Shown one piece after another: positions 42,001 to 53,639 of a DNA stretch of 64,000 nt (the stretch's first letter is position 1; each line of letters starts with the position of its first letter). A program made the position numbers and the translations under genes. The notes under the pieces were generated by a model that saw only the letters and a list, made by a program, of their open reading frames with translations, searched no databases and was not told the DNA's origin. The stretch comes from Candidatus Latescibacterota bacterium (GTDB taxonomy: Bacteria; Latescibacterota; UBA2968; UBA8231), in NCBI GenBank assembly GCA_965200315.1, contig OZ241362.1:96001-160000 (forward strand), written 5' to 3'.

Positions 42001-45000
42001 ATATGACGCTTGCGCTTGGCTTCGTCCTGGCACAGAATTTAGGACCCGATTTGTAGGGGATTGAAACTCTTGCGGATTGGCGCGGGCGTCAAGACGGGCG
42101 TCAAGACACAGAATTTAGGACCCGATTTGTAGGGGATTGAAACCGATTGCGAGATTACGGTATTCTTCGCAATCCGGAGTTCACAGAATTTAGGACCCGA
42201 TTTGTAGGGGATTGAAACGGAGAAGATCACGGCGCTGAGTTCATCTTGGTGGTAGTGTCACAGAATTTAGGACCCGATTTGTAGGGGATTGAAACTCACG
42301 CGCTTGCTGATGGAGCTTGTGGAGATGCTGCACTCACAGAATTTAGGACCCGATTTGTAGGGGATTGAAACGAATCTGGAGCTTGCGCTTGCGCGCCATC
42401 GGCTTGCGCCACAGAATTTAGGACCCGATTTGTAGGGGATTGAAACTGTGGTGAACTGCTTTTGAACTGCTGCGCTCCCTTGCGCCACAGAATTTAGGAC
42501 CCGATTTGTAGGGGATTGAAACCATATACGATATACGCGCGTATGTGCGTGTGCACGTGCGTCACAGAATTTAGGACCCGATTTGTAGGGGATTGAAACT
42601 GGAGGCCGGCGACCTGTTTGACGGCCATCACACCGGCGCACAGAATTTAGGACCCGATTTGTAGGGGATTGAAACTTCCTAGTAAGTTTGAGCCCGTCAA
42701 TCTCTACCTCGGACACAGAATTTAGGACCCGATTTGTAGGGGATTGAAACCTTACTGAGGTAGTTTCGGGCGACCTCGGCCAGCTTCCACAGAATTTAGG
42801 ACCCGATTTGTAGGGGATTGAAACGCACGATTCGCGTGCGCACGCGCGATATGTACCTAGGATCACAGAATTTAGGACCCGATTTGTAGGGGATTGAAAC
42901 ACCCGGTAGCTGCTCATAGTACCTCGTCCTTACCCTACACAGAATTTAGGACCCGATTTGTAGGGGATTGAAACTTGGCAGCGTGCCACTCGTCATTAGC
43001 CGCTACTACTGCACAGAATTTAGGACCCGATTTGTAGGGGATTGAAACTCAATGCAGATGGAGAGATGGCAGGTGGGGACACAGAATTTAGGACCCGATT
43101 TGTAGGGGATTGAAACGCTAGTTCTGCATGCAAGTTCAGTATCCGATTAGTCATTCACAGAATTTAGGACCCGATTTGTAGGGGATTGAAACGTCCTTCT
43201 CGTGGCGAGGTTGCACGGCCATCTCGAAGACACAGAATTTAGGACCCGATTTGTAGGGGATTGAAACGATCGCCCTTGTCGCCCTTGTCGCCCTTGGGTC
43301 CGCGTCACAGAATTTAGGACCCGATTTGTAGGGGATTGAAACCCTACTGCTGCCATAAGGATGATTTTGACTTCCCCGACACAGAATTTAGGACCCGATT
43401 TGTAGGGGATTGAAACTGATTGAGCTGCCGATTGGCAGCGTGCCACTCTTTGTCACAGAATTTAGGACCCGATTTGTAGGGGATTGAAACATCCAGGCGA
43501 GCTTGTTCTAGTTCTGCGAGCAACATCAGCACAGAATTTAGGACCCGATTTGTAGGGGATTGAAACCTGATGTAACCATCCCTCTTTATCCCGATAGCGC
43601 TGGGCACAGAATTTAGGACCCGATTTGTAGGGGATTGAAACTGCCCGCTCGCTGCCCGTCACGTTGTTCCTTCGGGCGGCACAGAATTTAGGACCCGATT
43701 TGTAGGGGATTGAAACCCAAGGAGATTGAGGATGGAGACCCATTTGCAGAAGATGCGCACAGAATTTAGGACCCGATTTGTAGGGGATTGAAACGCGCTT
43801 CGTACTGCTCTCTTCTCGTCACTTTCAATCTCCTCACAGAATTTAGGACCCGATTTGTAGGGGATTGAAACCACTCACGACGGGCGTCGGCAGCGGCTTC
43901 ACGCAGCCGCCACAGAATTTAGGACCCGATTTGTAGGGGATTGAAACTACTGACTTGCGAGCTGGCGGGCCGTCTTGGCCCATTCCCACAGAATTTAGGA
44001 CCCGATTTGTAGGGGATTGAAACATATTGTCGAAAGAGATCATTTTGGTTCCTCCTGCGCTCACAGAATTTAGGACCCGATTTGTAGGGGATTGAAACTG
44101 ATAATCCGATCATTGAGCTTTTTCAGGTTCTCTTGCACAGAATTTAGGACCCGATTTGTAGGGGATTGAAACCCATAGGTCTGTACGGTTCGCTCGATCA
44201 GTCTTTGATGCACAGAATTTAGGACCCGATTTGTAGGGGATTGAAACTCGCGTCATACTGTTCTTTCAACTTCGCTACCTGCGTCACAGAATTTAGGACC
44301 CGATTTGTAGGGGATTGAAACTCATAGCATTGAGCTTTTTCAGGTTCTCTTGTTGCCGGACACAGAATTTAGGACCCGATTTGTAGGGGATTGAAACCCT
44401 GCAACTTCGCGCTATTGCGTTCTCGCATTACGTTACACAGAATTTAGGACCCGATTTGTAGGGGATTGAAACTGATACGACGAGCCCGAGTTGTTCGCGC
44501 AGGAGTTTCACCTCACAGAATTTAGGACCCGATTTGTAGGGGATTGAAACCTTCGGGGTCCCGCCGGACCCCCAGCGAGATTTCCTTCGCACAGAATTTA
44601 GGACCCGATTTGTAGGGGATTGAAACGCGTCATAGGCCGCGTCAACGGCTTGTGCTGCGTCTCACAGAATTTAGGACCCGATTTGTAGGGGATTGAAACT
44701 TGAAAGTCATTTCCTCATCTCCTGATAGTGTGAACTGCCACAGAATTTAGGACCCGATTTGTAGGGGATTGAAACTACGTAAATTCAAACTCCTTCATTT
44801 GATCTCCTCAAGGGACACAGAATTTAGGACCCGATTTGTAGGGGATTGAAACTGAGCAGCGCCCGGCGCGCGCTTTCAAGCTGGCACGCTTCACAGAATT
44901 TAGGACCCGATTTGTAGGGGATTGAAACTTCTGCGTAGCTTACCGATAGCTTTTGATTCAGCCATCACAGAATTTAGGACCCGATTTGTAGGGGATTGAA

Positions 45001-48000
45001 ACTCGGGATCCTCTTACCACCGGTACCACCCGTTTGACTTGGCACAGAATTTAGGACCCGATTTGTAGGGGATTGAAACAAGAATAGCTCCCTACCCATC
45101 ACCTAGGCGATTACTTCGGCACAGAATTTAGGACCCGATTTGTAGGGGATTGAAACGCCCGCGATCCCCTCTATCGCCCTTGTCGCCCTTGTCGCACAGA
45201 ATTTAGGACCCGATTTGTAGGGGATTGAAACGTAATGCCTTCTCGGCACTGAGGGCGGCCGCTGGCCGTCACAGAATTTAGGACCCGATTTGTAGGGGAT
45301 TGAAACTCAAGCCCTCCCCGTGGCCCTCCGCCTCGCCTTTCTGAACACAGAATTTAGGACCCGATTTGTAGGGGATTGAAACTTGTCGAATACTAATCAC
45401 ATAGGAGCCTACTCATGACCACCACAGAATTTAGGACCCGATTTGTAGGGGATTGAAACTTACAGGTACGAACAAAGTCATCTATATGCTCCATGAGGCA
45501 CAGAATTTAGGACCCGATTTGTAGGGGATTGAAACGTATCTCCTGCGCTCTATGTGCTGAAATAAGGTTCATCACAGAATTTAGGACCCGATTTGTAGGG
45601 GATTGAAACATACTCTCCGTAAGTCATAATGCCCCTCCTGCGCTTTCGCGCGGCACAGAATTTAGGACCCGATTTGTAGGGGATTGAAACTTGTTAGTTG
45701 CAAGTTGCGAGAAGCGCGTTGCGCGCTTCACAGAATTTAGGACCCGATTTGTAGGGGATTGAAACCACCGGGCCGCCATACGCCTCGACCCCACGATCGT
45801 GCGCCACAGAATTTAGGACCCGATTTGTAGGGGATTGAAACCCCAGTTCCCGGAGGATTGAATCCACCATCCCCGGCCACAGAATTTAGGACCCGATTTG
45901 TAGGGGATTGAAACCATGGACCGTGCCGCGCGCCACGTCGGCGAGCCAGAAAGCACAGAATTTAGGACCCGATTTGTAGGGGATTGAAACTAGTTCTGCG
46001 AGCAACATTAGGGTTCTTCTTTCGTTATGCACAGAATTTAGGACCCGATTTGTAGGGGATTGAAACTTCTTTCGTTATGCGCCCGCGAGCGCGTGATACC
46101 GCTTCACAGAATTTAGGACCCGATTTGTAGGGGATTGAAACTTATAAAGCTCCCACGCCCAATCTTCGAAAGATCGGATTAACACAGAATTTAGGACCCG
46201 ATTTGTAGGGGATTGAAACGGGAAGGATCTTCATCCCACCACCAGCTACCGAAGTCCACAGAATTTAGGACCCGATTTGTAGGGGATTGAAACTCGGGCG
46301 TCAAGCGTTCAAAGGTCTGATTCTCCAGCGGCACAGAATTTAGGACCCGATTTGTAGGGGATTGAAACTGCGATAAAGACGCGCCGGATCATTGCCGAGC
46401 TTGAAGACACAGAATTTAGGACCCGATTTGTAGGGGATTGAAACACTTCTCTTTCGCTTGCCATATCGCGTATGAATCCGATAGCCACAGAATTTAGGAC
46501 CCGATTTGTAGGGGATTGAAACATGCCGTTCTGCTCTAGCTGGGCGCGGGCGTGGTCCAGCGCACAGAATTTAGGACCCGATTTGTAGGGGATTGAAACT
46601 TGCTACTAGGCGCGGCGGCGGCGCACCCGTTCAACGACACAGAATTTAGGACCCGATTTGTAGGGGATTGAAACCCCAGCGCGCAAATGCGGCGCGGTAT
46701 TCCGCATAGAGCTTCACAGAATTTAGGACCCGATTTGTAGGGGATTGAAACGTTCTCGCGCCGTAGGCGCGCCGTGAGGATGGCCGTCACCACAGAATTT
46801 AGGACCCGATTTGTAGGGGATTGAAACCCCAGCGCGCAAATGCGGCGCGGTATTCCGCATAGAGCTTCACAGAATTTAGGACCCGATTTGTAGGGGATTG
46901 AAACGTTCTCGCGCCGTAGGCGCGCCGTGAGGATGGCCGTCACCACAGAATTTAGGACCCGATTTGTAGGGGATTGAAACCCGAAGATGCGGCTTGGTGG
47001 GCGGCGATCAGCTCTAGGAGCACAGAATTTAGGACCCGATTTGTAGGGGATTGAAACTCAGCGCTTCGCGCGCCCTCGACAACTCGGATTCAGCGCACAG
47101 AATTTAGGACCCGATTTGTAGGGGATTGAAACCTTTCGTTATGCGCCTATCGGCGCGTGATTGATACCGCTTCACAGAATTTAGGACCCGATTTGTAGGG
47201 GATTGAAACCCGATTGGAAGAAAAGTTCAATCTCTACTTTCTTCATCCACAGAATTTAGGACCCGATTTGTAGGGGATTGAAACGAAAGAAACAGTTAGT
47301 TTCTGCTGAAGCCATTTGCCGGACCACAGAATTTAGGACCCGATTTGTAGGGGATTGAAACTCGAAGGCGCGGCGCCGCATCGCGTCGTCGTCGCCGGCG
47401 CACAGAATTTAGGACCCGATTTGTAGGGGATTGAAACTTCGATGCGCTCGCGCCATAGGCGCACCTCCTCCTCCGCACAGAATTTAGGACCCGATTTGTA
47501 GGGGATTGAAACTCTTGCCTGCCGAGCACGACCGCTTGATCCACTCTCCGCACAGAATTTAGGACCCGATTTGTAGGGGATTGAAACTCGCGTTCTCCCA
47601 TACCTCGTATGCGTGCCTATATGCGCGACACAGAATTTAGGACCCGATTTGTAGGGGATTGAAACTAGACTCCTTCCTTTTCTTTAGCTTTGAGAGTACC
47701 TCACCACAGAATTTAGGACCCGATTTGTAGGGGATTGAAACTTAGTGGTTGTGAGAGCCACTTACCGCTCCAGCCTTCACCACAGAATTTAGGACCCGAT
47801 TTGTAGGGGATTGAAACTGCTCTAGCAATGTCACTTTAGTTCCCTCTCTTTGTTTGCCACAGAATTTAGGACCCGATTTGTAGGGGATTGAAACCGTAAT
47901 CGCCTATCTGAGGTGCTACAAGCGTCCTATGACCACAGAATTTAGGACCCGATTTGTAGGGGATTGAAACCTGTAATGGCCTATTTGGCCGTTAAGTGGA

Positions 48001-51000
48001 TGCCTTGGGCACAGAATTTAGGACCCGATTTGTAGGGGATTGAAACTGGATCTGCGCTCGGCCGAGAGCTTGCAAGCATCCTCAAACACAGAATTTAGGA
48101 CCCGATTTGTAGGGGATTGAAACCACTTGAAAACCACCCAATAGGAGACTGATATGAGCATCACAGAATTTAGGACCCGATTTGTAGGGGATTGAAACCC
48201 ATGACGGCATGGACGCCGCCAAGGCCGTTGACGGCGACACAGAATTTAGGACCCGATTTGTAGGGGATTGAAACAGGTAGACCAGCTTGACCAGCGCCAG
48301 CGGCGTCAGCTCCTCACAGAATTTAGGACCCGATTTGTAGGGGATTGAAACCCAATGAGGCCGCCGATTAGTAGACATACTAATGCTTTCCACAGAATTT
48401 AGGACCCGATTTGTAGGGGATTGAAACTTAAATCGCCGAAGCCCTCGCCAGCGAGGGTGATGCTTCACAGAATTTAGGACCCGATTTGTAGGGGATTGAA
48501 ACCCGGTCGTCTGATGCCATATCCACAGGCTGCGGTTCTCACAGAATTTAGGACCCGATTTGTAGGGGATTGAAACGCCCGATGAGCAGGCTGACGCCGG
48601 CGGTCGCTAGGACACAGAATTTAGGACCCGATTTGTAGGGGATTGAAACCGGACGGCGCCAAGGTGATCGCCGGTGATGGCGTAGCCACACAGAATTTAG
48701 GACCCGATTTGTAGGGGATTGAAACCGTCGACCGCACTACGATATCGAGGCATCGTCGTCGCTGCACAGAATTTAGGACCCGATTTGTAGGGGATTGAAA
48801 CCCAAGGACCCCTACCAGATACGGTCGGCCTATACGATGGGCCACAGAATTTAGGACCCGATTTGTAGGGGATTGAAACAGCGCTATTCGCGCCGGGTCG
48901 GCCGCATCCAGATGCGCACAGAATTTAGGACCCGATTTGTAGGGGATTGAAACCCAAGGCACTTCTTCGCACGCAAGCGGTACACAAGCGCGACACAGAA
49001 TTTAGGACCCGATTTGTAGGGGATTGAAACCACCGTGACGCCTGCCCCCGGTGGTGTAATTATCGGCGGCACAGAATTTAGGACCCGATTTGTAGGGGAT
49101 TGAAACGATATACTAACGTCTCATGCGGCTGCGGCTATGACGGGCACAGAATTTAGGACCCGATTTGTAGGGGATTGAAACCCCGAAAGGCTTCGCGGAT
49201 CCGCCGAGCGGAGTTACGCTCACAGAATTTAGGACCCGATTTGTAGGGGATTGAAACGCAAGCCAAGGACCCGCGCCAGATGGCGGCGGCCTATATGACA
49301 CAGAATTTAGGACCCGATTTGTAGGGGATTGAAACTTAGACTAATAAAGAGTTTCATTTCGTTATCCTTAGAGCACAGAATTTAGGACCCGATTTGTAGG
49401 GGATTGAAACTACATCCCGAGCGAGGCATGCCTCTTCTACCCGACCCACAGAATTTAGGACCCGATTTGTAGGGGATTGAAACTTGCGTATGCCCCCGTC
49501 TAGACTATTGCCCGTCCCTGTCCCACAGAATTTAGGACCCGATTTGTAGGGGATTGAAACTCAGCCGCTGCTCTTGGTGCTGGTCTACGCCTTCCTCCGC
49601 CACAGAATTTAGGACCCGATTTGTAGGGGATTGAAACCCCGTTCCCTTCCCCTTCGAGCACGATGCTCTCAGGGGCACAGAATTTAGGACCCGATTTGTA
49701 GGGGATTGAAACTCGCCACGATGGCGACAGCCGCGATGACCGTCCATGCGCACAGAATTTAGGACCCGATTTGTAGGGGATTGAAACGAAACCGTTTGGG
49801 GTCTCCTTCCACTCCGTCTCCCCCGGCACAGAATTTAGGACCCGATTTGTAGGGGATTGAAACATTAGGGCTTTTTGTCCAAGCGTCTTCGCCCGGCATG
49901 CGGCACAGAATTTAGGACCCGATTTGTAGGGGATTGAAACGAGGGCCTCACCACCGAGCCCCTCAAAGGCCTCAAGCACCACAGAATTTAGGACCCGATT
50001 TGTAGGGGATTGAAACTATTACTCCCTCGGCGAGGCGGGTTTCTGCGGGAAATTCCACAGAATTTAGGACCCGATTTGTAGGGGATTGAAACGCGGCAGC
50101 AGCAGCCTTCTTGGCGGCCTTTTTTGCTTCTCACAGAATTTAGGACCCGATTTGTAGGGGATTGAAACCGCCGAACTCTTTCTGGAACCCCTCGGTGAGG
50201 AGGGCACAGAATTTAGGACCCGATTTGTAGGGGATTGAAACACCAGGCCATCAACGGCTGCACGCAGGCACTCCAGCACCTTCACAGAATTTAGGACCCG
50301 ATTTGTAGGGGATTGAAACTTCAGCCCCACTATATCGTACGGATACTGGATCGCATACCACAGAATTTAGGACCCGATTTGTAGGGGATTGAAACGAGGT
50401 TGAAGACACGACGACCGCGGGGCGGCCGTCGAGGCACAGAATTTAGGACCCGATTTGTAGGGGATTGAAACCCCAGCGCGCGCAGCTTATGGGCTACCGT
50501 GCCGTAGGACACAGAATTTAGGACCCGATTTGTAGGGGATTGAAACATATCTGGCCGGGCTGGACGAAGCAGGCCGTCTGCCGCCCACAGAATTTAGGAC
50601 CCGATTTGTAGGGGATTGAAACATGGGGACTTGGTGTATCATGGGCATACTTCAATCCTCCACAGAATTTAGGACCCGATTTGTAGGGGATTGAAACTAG
50701 CTGGTGTGTGCGCTGGAGGGCTTGCCCCATATCGCGCACAGAATTTAGGACCCGATTTGTAGGGGATTGAAACGTACATTTCATCTCCGTCTCCTTTTTT
50801 GGAGTGGGAGCCACAGAATTTAGGACCCGATTTGTAGGGGATTGAAACGCGGAGCATCTCGTCGTGATACCGACGGATGCGGTCGCGCACAGAATTTAGG
50901 ACCCGATTTGTAGGGGATTGAAACATAGCGACGTCATACTCTTATCCTCAGCTGGCCACGGCACACAGAATTTAGGACCCGATTTGTAGGGGATTGAAAC

Positions 51001-51678
51001 GTGGTCGGCTCCCGCTCCGGCGGGGCCTCCAGGTGGAGCTCCACAGAATTTAGGACCCGATTTGTAGGGGATTGAAACGTACTGCCCCACCTCGAACGCC
51101 GGCACCGCATCCACCTCCACAGAATTTAGGACCCGATTTGTAGGGGATTGAAACGTTAGCTTCTCGTAATCCTCTGCAATATCGTAATAGCGCGCAGAAT
51201 TTAGGACCCGATTTGTAGGGGATTGAAACACAAGTTACGCCATTCTATCTTCAGCGAGACTCGTCGCAGAATTTAGGACCCGATTTGTAGGGGATTGAAA
51301 CACATAGGGATTAGTACATCCTCTCAGTAGGGAGTAGGTCGCAGAATTTAGGACCCGATTTGTAGGGGATTGAAACGCCCCAGAAGCGAACACGCCACTC
51401 GCCCGCCGCATAGACGCAGAATTTAGGACCCGATTTGTAGGGGATTGAAACGGGTGGGTATTCCGTTCTCCTGCAATTCGGCGCGGGCGCGGCGCAGAAT
51501 TTAGGACCCGATTTGTAGGGGATTGAAACATCCTGCGACGTGGTCGGCCAAGGCCTGCGCTTCCTGCGCAGAATTTAGGACCCGATTTGTAGGGGATTGA
51601 AACCCTTGACGATGTGCTGCTCTTTGCTGCTCATAGTTCAACGCAGAATTTAGGACCCGATTTGTAGGGGATTGAAAC
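33082..51678 (+). CRISPR. CRISPR array with a 37-bp repeat, about 245-250 units (estimated from a ~75-bp mean period)
   Basis: Repeat CACAGAATTTAGGACCCGATTTGTAGGGGATTGAAAC ends in the ATTGAAAC handle. Spacers are about 33-44 nt. The last 7 repeats carry a CGCAG variant. Confidence 0.99.
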
Positions 51679-51700
51679 CACCGACGCCGAGCAAACGCCC

Positions 51701-52426
51701 ATGCGCCTGTGCGACTTTCCCATCCTGACCTTCGACACCTACGGAACTCTCATTGACTGGGAGACGGGTATCTGGCAAGCGCTGCAACCGCTCTGCTCGC
51801 GCTTGGCCGATCCGCCAGACCGCGAAGCGGCCCTTGTGGCCTTCGCGCAGGTGGAATCCGCTTGCCAAGCAGCCCATCCCGACCTGCTCTACGCCGATCT
51901 GTTGGCCGCTACCCACCGCACGCTGGCCCGGAATTGGGGCCGTGAACCCGACGATGCCGAAAGCGTCCGCTTCGGTCAGTCGGTTGGGGACTGGCCGGCC
52001 TTTGTCGATGCGGCCGCATCGCTCGCCTATCTGAAGCGCCACCACCGGCTGATTACCCTCACCAATTGCGACCGCGCTAGCTACGAGGGCAGCTCCGCCC
52101 GCCTCGGCGATCCTTGGGACGCTATCTGTACGGCCGAAGAAATCGGATCGTACAAACCGGCACTGGCCAACTTTGAATTCCTGCTCGCCCAAGTGGCTGC
52201 GGACTTTGGCCGGGGGGCCGAAAGCATCCTGCATATCGCGCAGAGCCTCTTCCACGACCACGTGCCGGCTAAGGCCATCGGCCTGACGACGGCATGGATC
52301 GACCGGCGGGCCGGGCGCGGTGGAGGCGCGACCGCACCGACATCGGAGGCAGTGGAACCAGATTTCCGTTTCAAAAGCATGGCGGAACTAGTCGCCCAAC
52401 ACCGCGCTGAACGGGCCGAGGCGTGA
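51701..52426 (+). CDS. HAD-superfamily hydrolase (haloacid dehalogenase type II-like)
   Basis: LTFDTYGTLIDWE, LTNCD, IGSYKP and HIAQSLFHDHVPA. Confidence 0.92.
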   Translation: MRLCDFPILTFDTYGTLIDWETGIWQALQPLCSRLADPPDREAALVAFAQVESACQAAHPDLLYADLLAATHRTLARNWGREPDDAESVRFGQSVGDWPAFVDAAASLAYLKRHHRLITLTNCDRASYEGSSARLGDPWDAICTAEEIGSYKPALANFEFLLAQVAADFGRGAESILHIAQSLFHDHVPAKAIGLTTAWIDRRAGRGGGATAPTSEAVEPDFRFKSMAELVAQHRAERAEA

Positions 52427-52537
52427 TACCGCAGTGTGGACGACAGCGGAATGTGCTGCTAATTTCTGTAAGCCGTATATTCGCGGCGTACTGACCGCCG
52501 CTACGACGTCCGCGCCAAGAAAAGGAGGACGAGTAAC

Positions 52538-52807
52538 ATGAAACGCACCAAGGAGCAACTCGAAATCGAACTGGCGAAAGTCGAAATTCCCGAATGCCTC
52601 TCACGAGTAGAGGAGACGGTCACCGAAAGCTACATGAACAGCGCGGGAATGCTCCGCATGTCTATTGAGGACCTGCTCCGACAGCACGCCAAAATTATGG
52701 CCCTGACCTACAAGTCAGGCGACAAAGCGGCCCTGAACAACGCCCTCAATGACATGGGAGACAGCATAGTCTCGTTGCGTAAAATACTGGTCGAAAACTG
52801 CGGCTGA
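52538..52807 (+). CDS. Hypothetical 89-aa helical protein
   Basis: Strong AAGGAGG RBS and amphipathic-helix composition. No recognised motif. Confidence 0.55.
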   Translation: MKRTKEQLEIELAKVEIPECLSRVEETVTESYMNSAGMLRMSIEDLLRQHAKIMALTYKSGDKAALNNALNDMGDSIVSLRKILVENCG

Positions 52808-52877
52808 GAACGTCCCCGCCCAGTTCGGCCACTCGCCGTCCGGCATTCCAACACTGCCGGAAAATTAGTAGAAATCC

Positions 52878-53639
52878 ATGAGCACACCCCTCCACGGTCG
52901 CATCGCCTTAGTAACCGGTGCAGCGGGCGGTATCGGCCAAGCGATATGCCGGGCCTTGGCCGCCGAAGGCGCGACAGTCGCCCTGCATTACCGCACGCAG
53001 AAGGAGGCTGCCCACGCGCTCGCCGCTGAGCTGGATGGGGCTACCTTTGAAGCCGATATAACCGAGGCGGACGCCGCGCAGGCGCTGGTTGAGCGCGTGG
53101 CTGGGGCATTGGGTGGGTTGGATATTTTGGTCAATAACGCCGGCATCACTATCGGCGGGCAGTTCGTGGCCGATATGGAGTTGGCGGATTGGCACCGCGT
53201 GCTCGATGTCAACCTCAATAGCGTCCTCTACATGTGCAAGGCTGCCCTGCCGCTGATGAGGGCGGGCGGCGGCGGCGCGGTCGTCAACATGGCCTCGAAT
53301 GTGGTCAACACCCTGCCAGGCGGGGCGGCCGCGTATGCAACCACCAAGGCGGGGGTCGTGGCCTTGACCAAGGTGCTGTCGAAAGAGGAAGCTGAGCACG
53401 GCATCCGCGTCAATGTGGTGTCGCCGGGGATCATCGACGCGGGGATGGGACGCGGGGCACTGGCGCGGCGGACTCCCCAGGTGCAGGCGCAATTTCTCAG
53501 CAGTATTCCCATGCGCCGGGCCGGCGGGCCGGAAGAGGTGGCCGCGGCCGTGGTTTTTCTCGCGTCACCGGCGGCCAGCTACGTGACAGGGCAGCACGTA
53601 AGCGTCAACGGTGGCGACCGCACTGAGTCCTACCAGTAG
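52878..53639 (+). CDS. SDR family oxidoreductase (FabG-like)
   Basis: TGAAGGIG, LVNNAG, YxxxK (YATTK), IRVNVVSPG and YVTGQ. Confidence 0.95.
   Translation: MSTPLHGRIALVTGAAGGIGQAICRALAAEGATVALHYRTQKEAAHALAAELDGATFEADITEADAAQALVERVAGALGGLDILVNNAGITIGGQFVADMELADWHRVLDVNLNSVLYMCKAALPLMRAGGGGAVVNMASNVVNTLPGGAAAYATTKAGVVALTKVLSKEEAEHGIRVNVVSPGIIDAGMGRGALARRTPQVQAQFLSSIPMRRAGGPEEVAAAVVFLASPAASYVTGQHVSVNGGDRTESYQ

Noticed and set aside
48275-48314. Apparent self-targeting of csx1: the spacer encodes LTPLALVKL, also present in Csx1 at 27876-27902
   Set aside because: Only about 21 of 27 nt match and the flanks differ. A Panacea-like target or coincidence explains it better. No convincing self-match to this window was seen by eye, though that search was not exhaustive.
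33235-51531. Dozens of minus-strand ORFs containing VSIPYKSGPKFC / FQSPTNRVLNS
   Set aside because: These are translations of the CRISPR repeat, not genes.
24652-51700. CRISPR locus as a mobile island or transposon
   Set aside because: No integrase, transposase, tRNA target or flanking direct repeats were seen.
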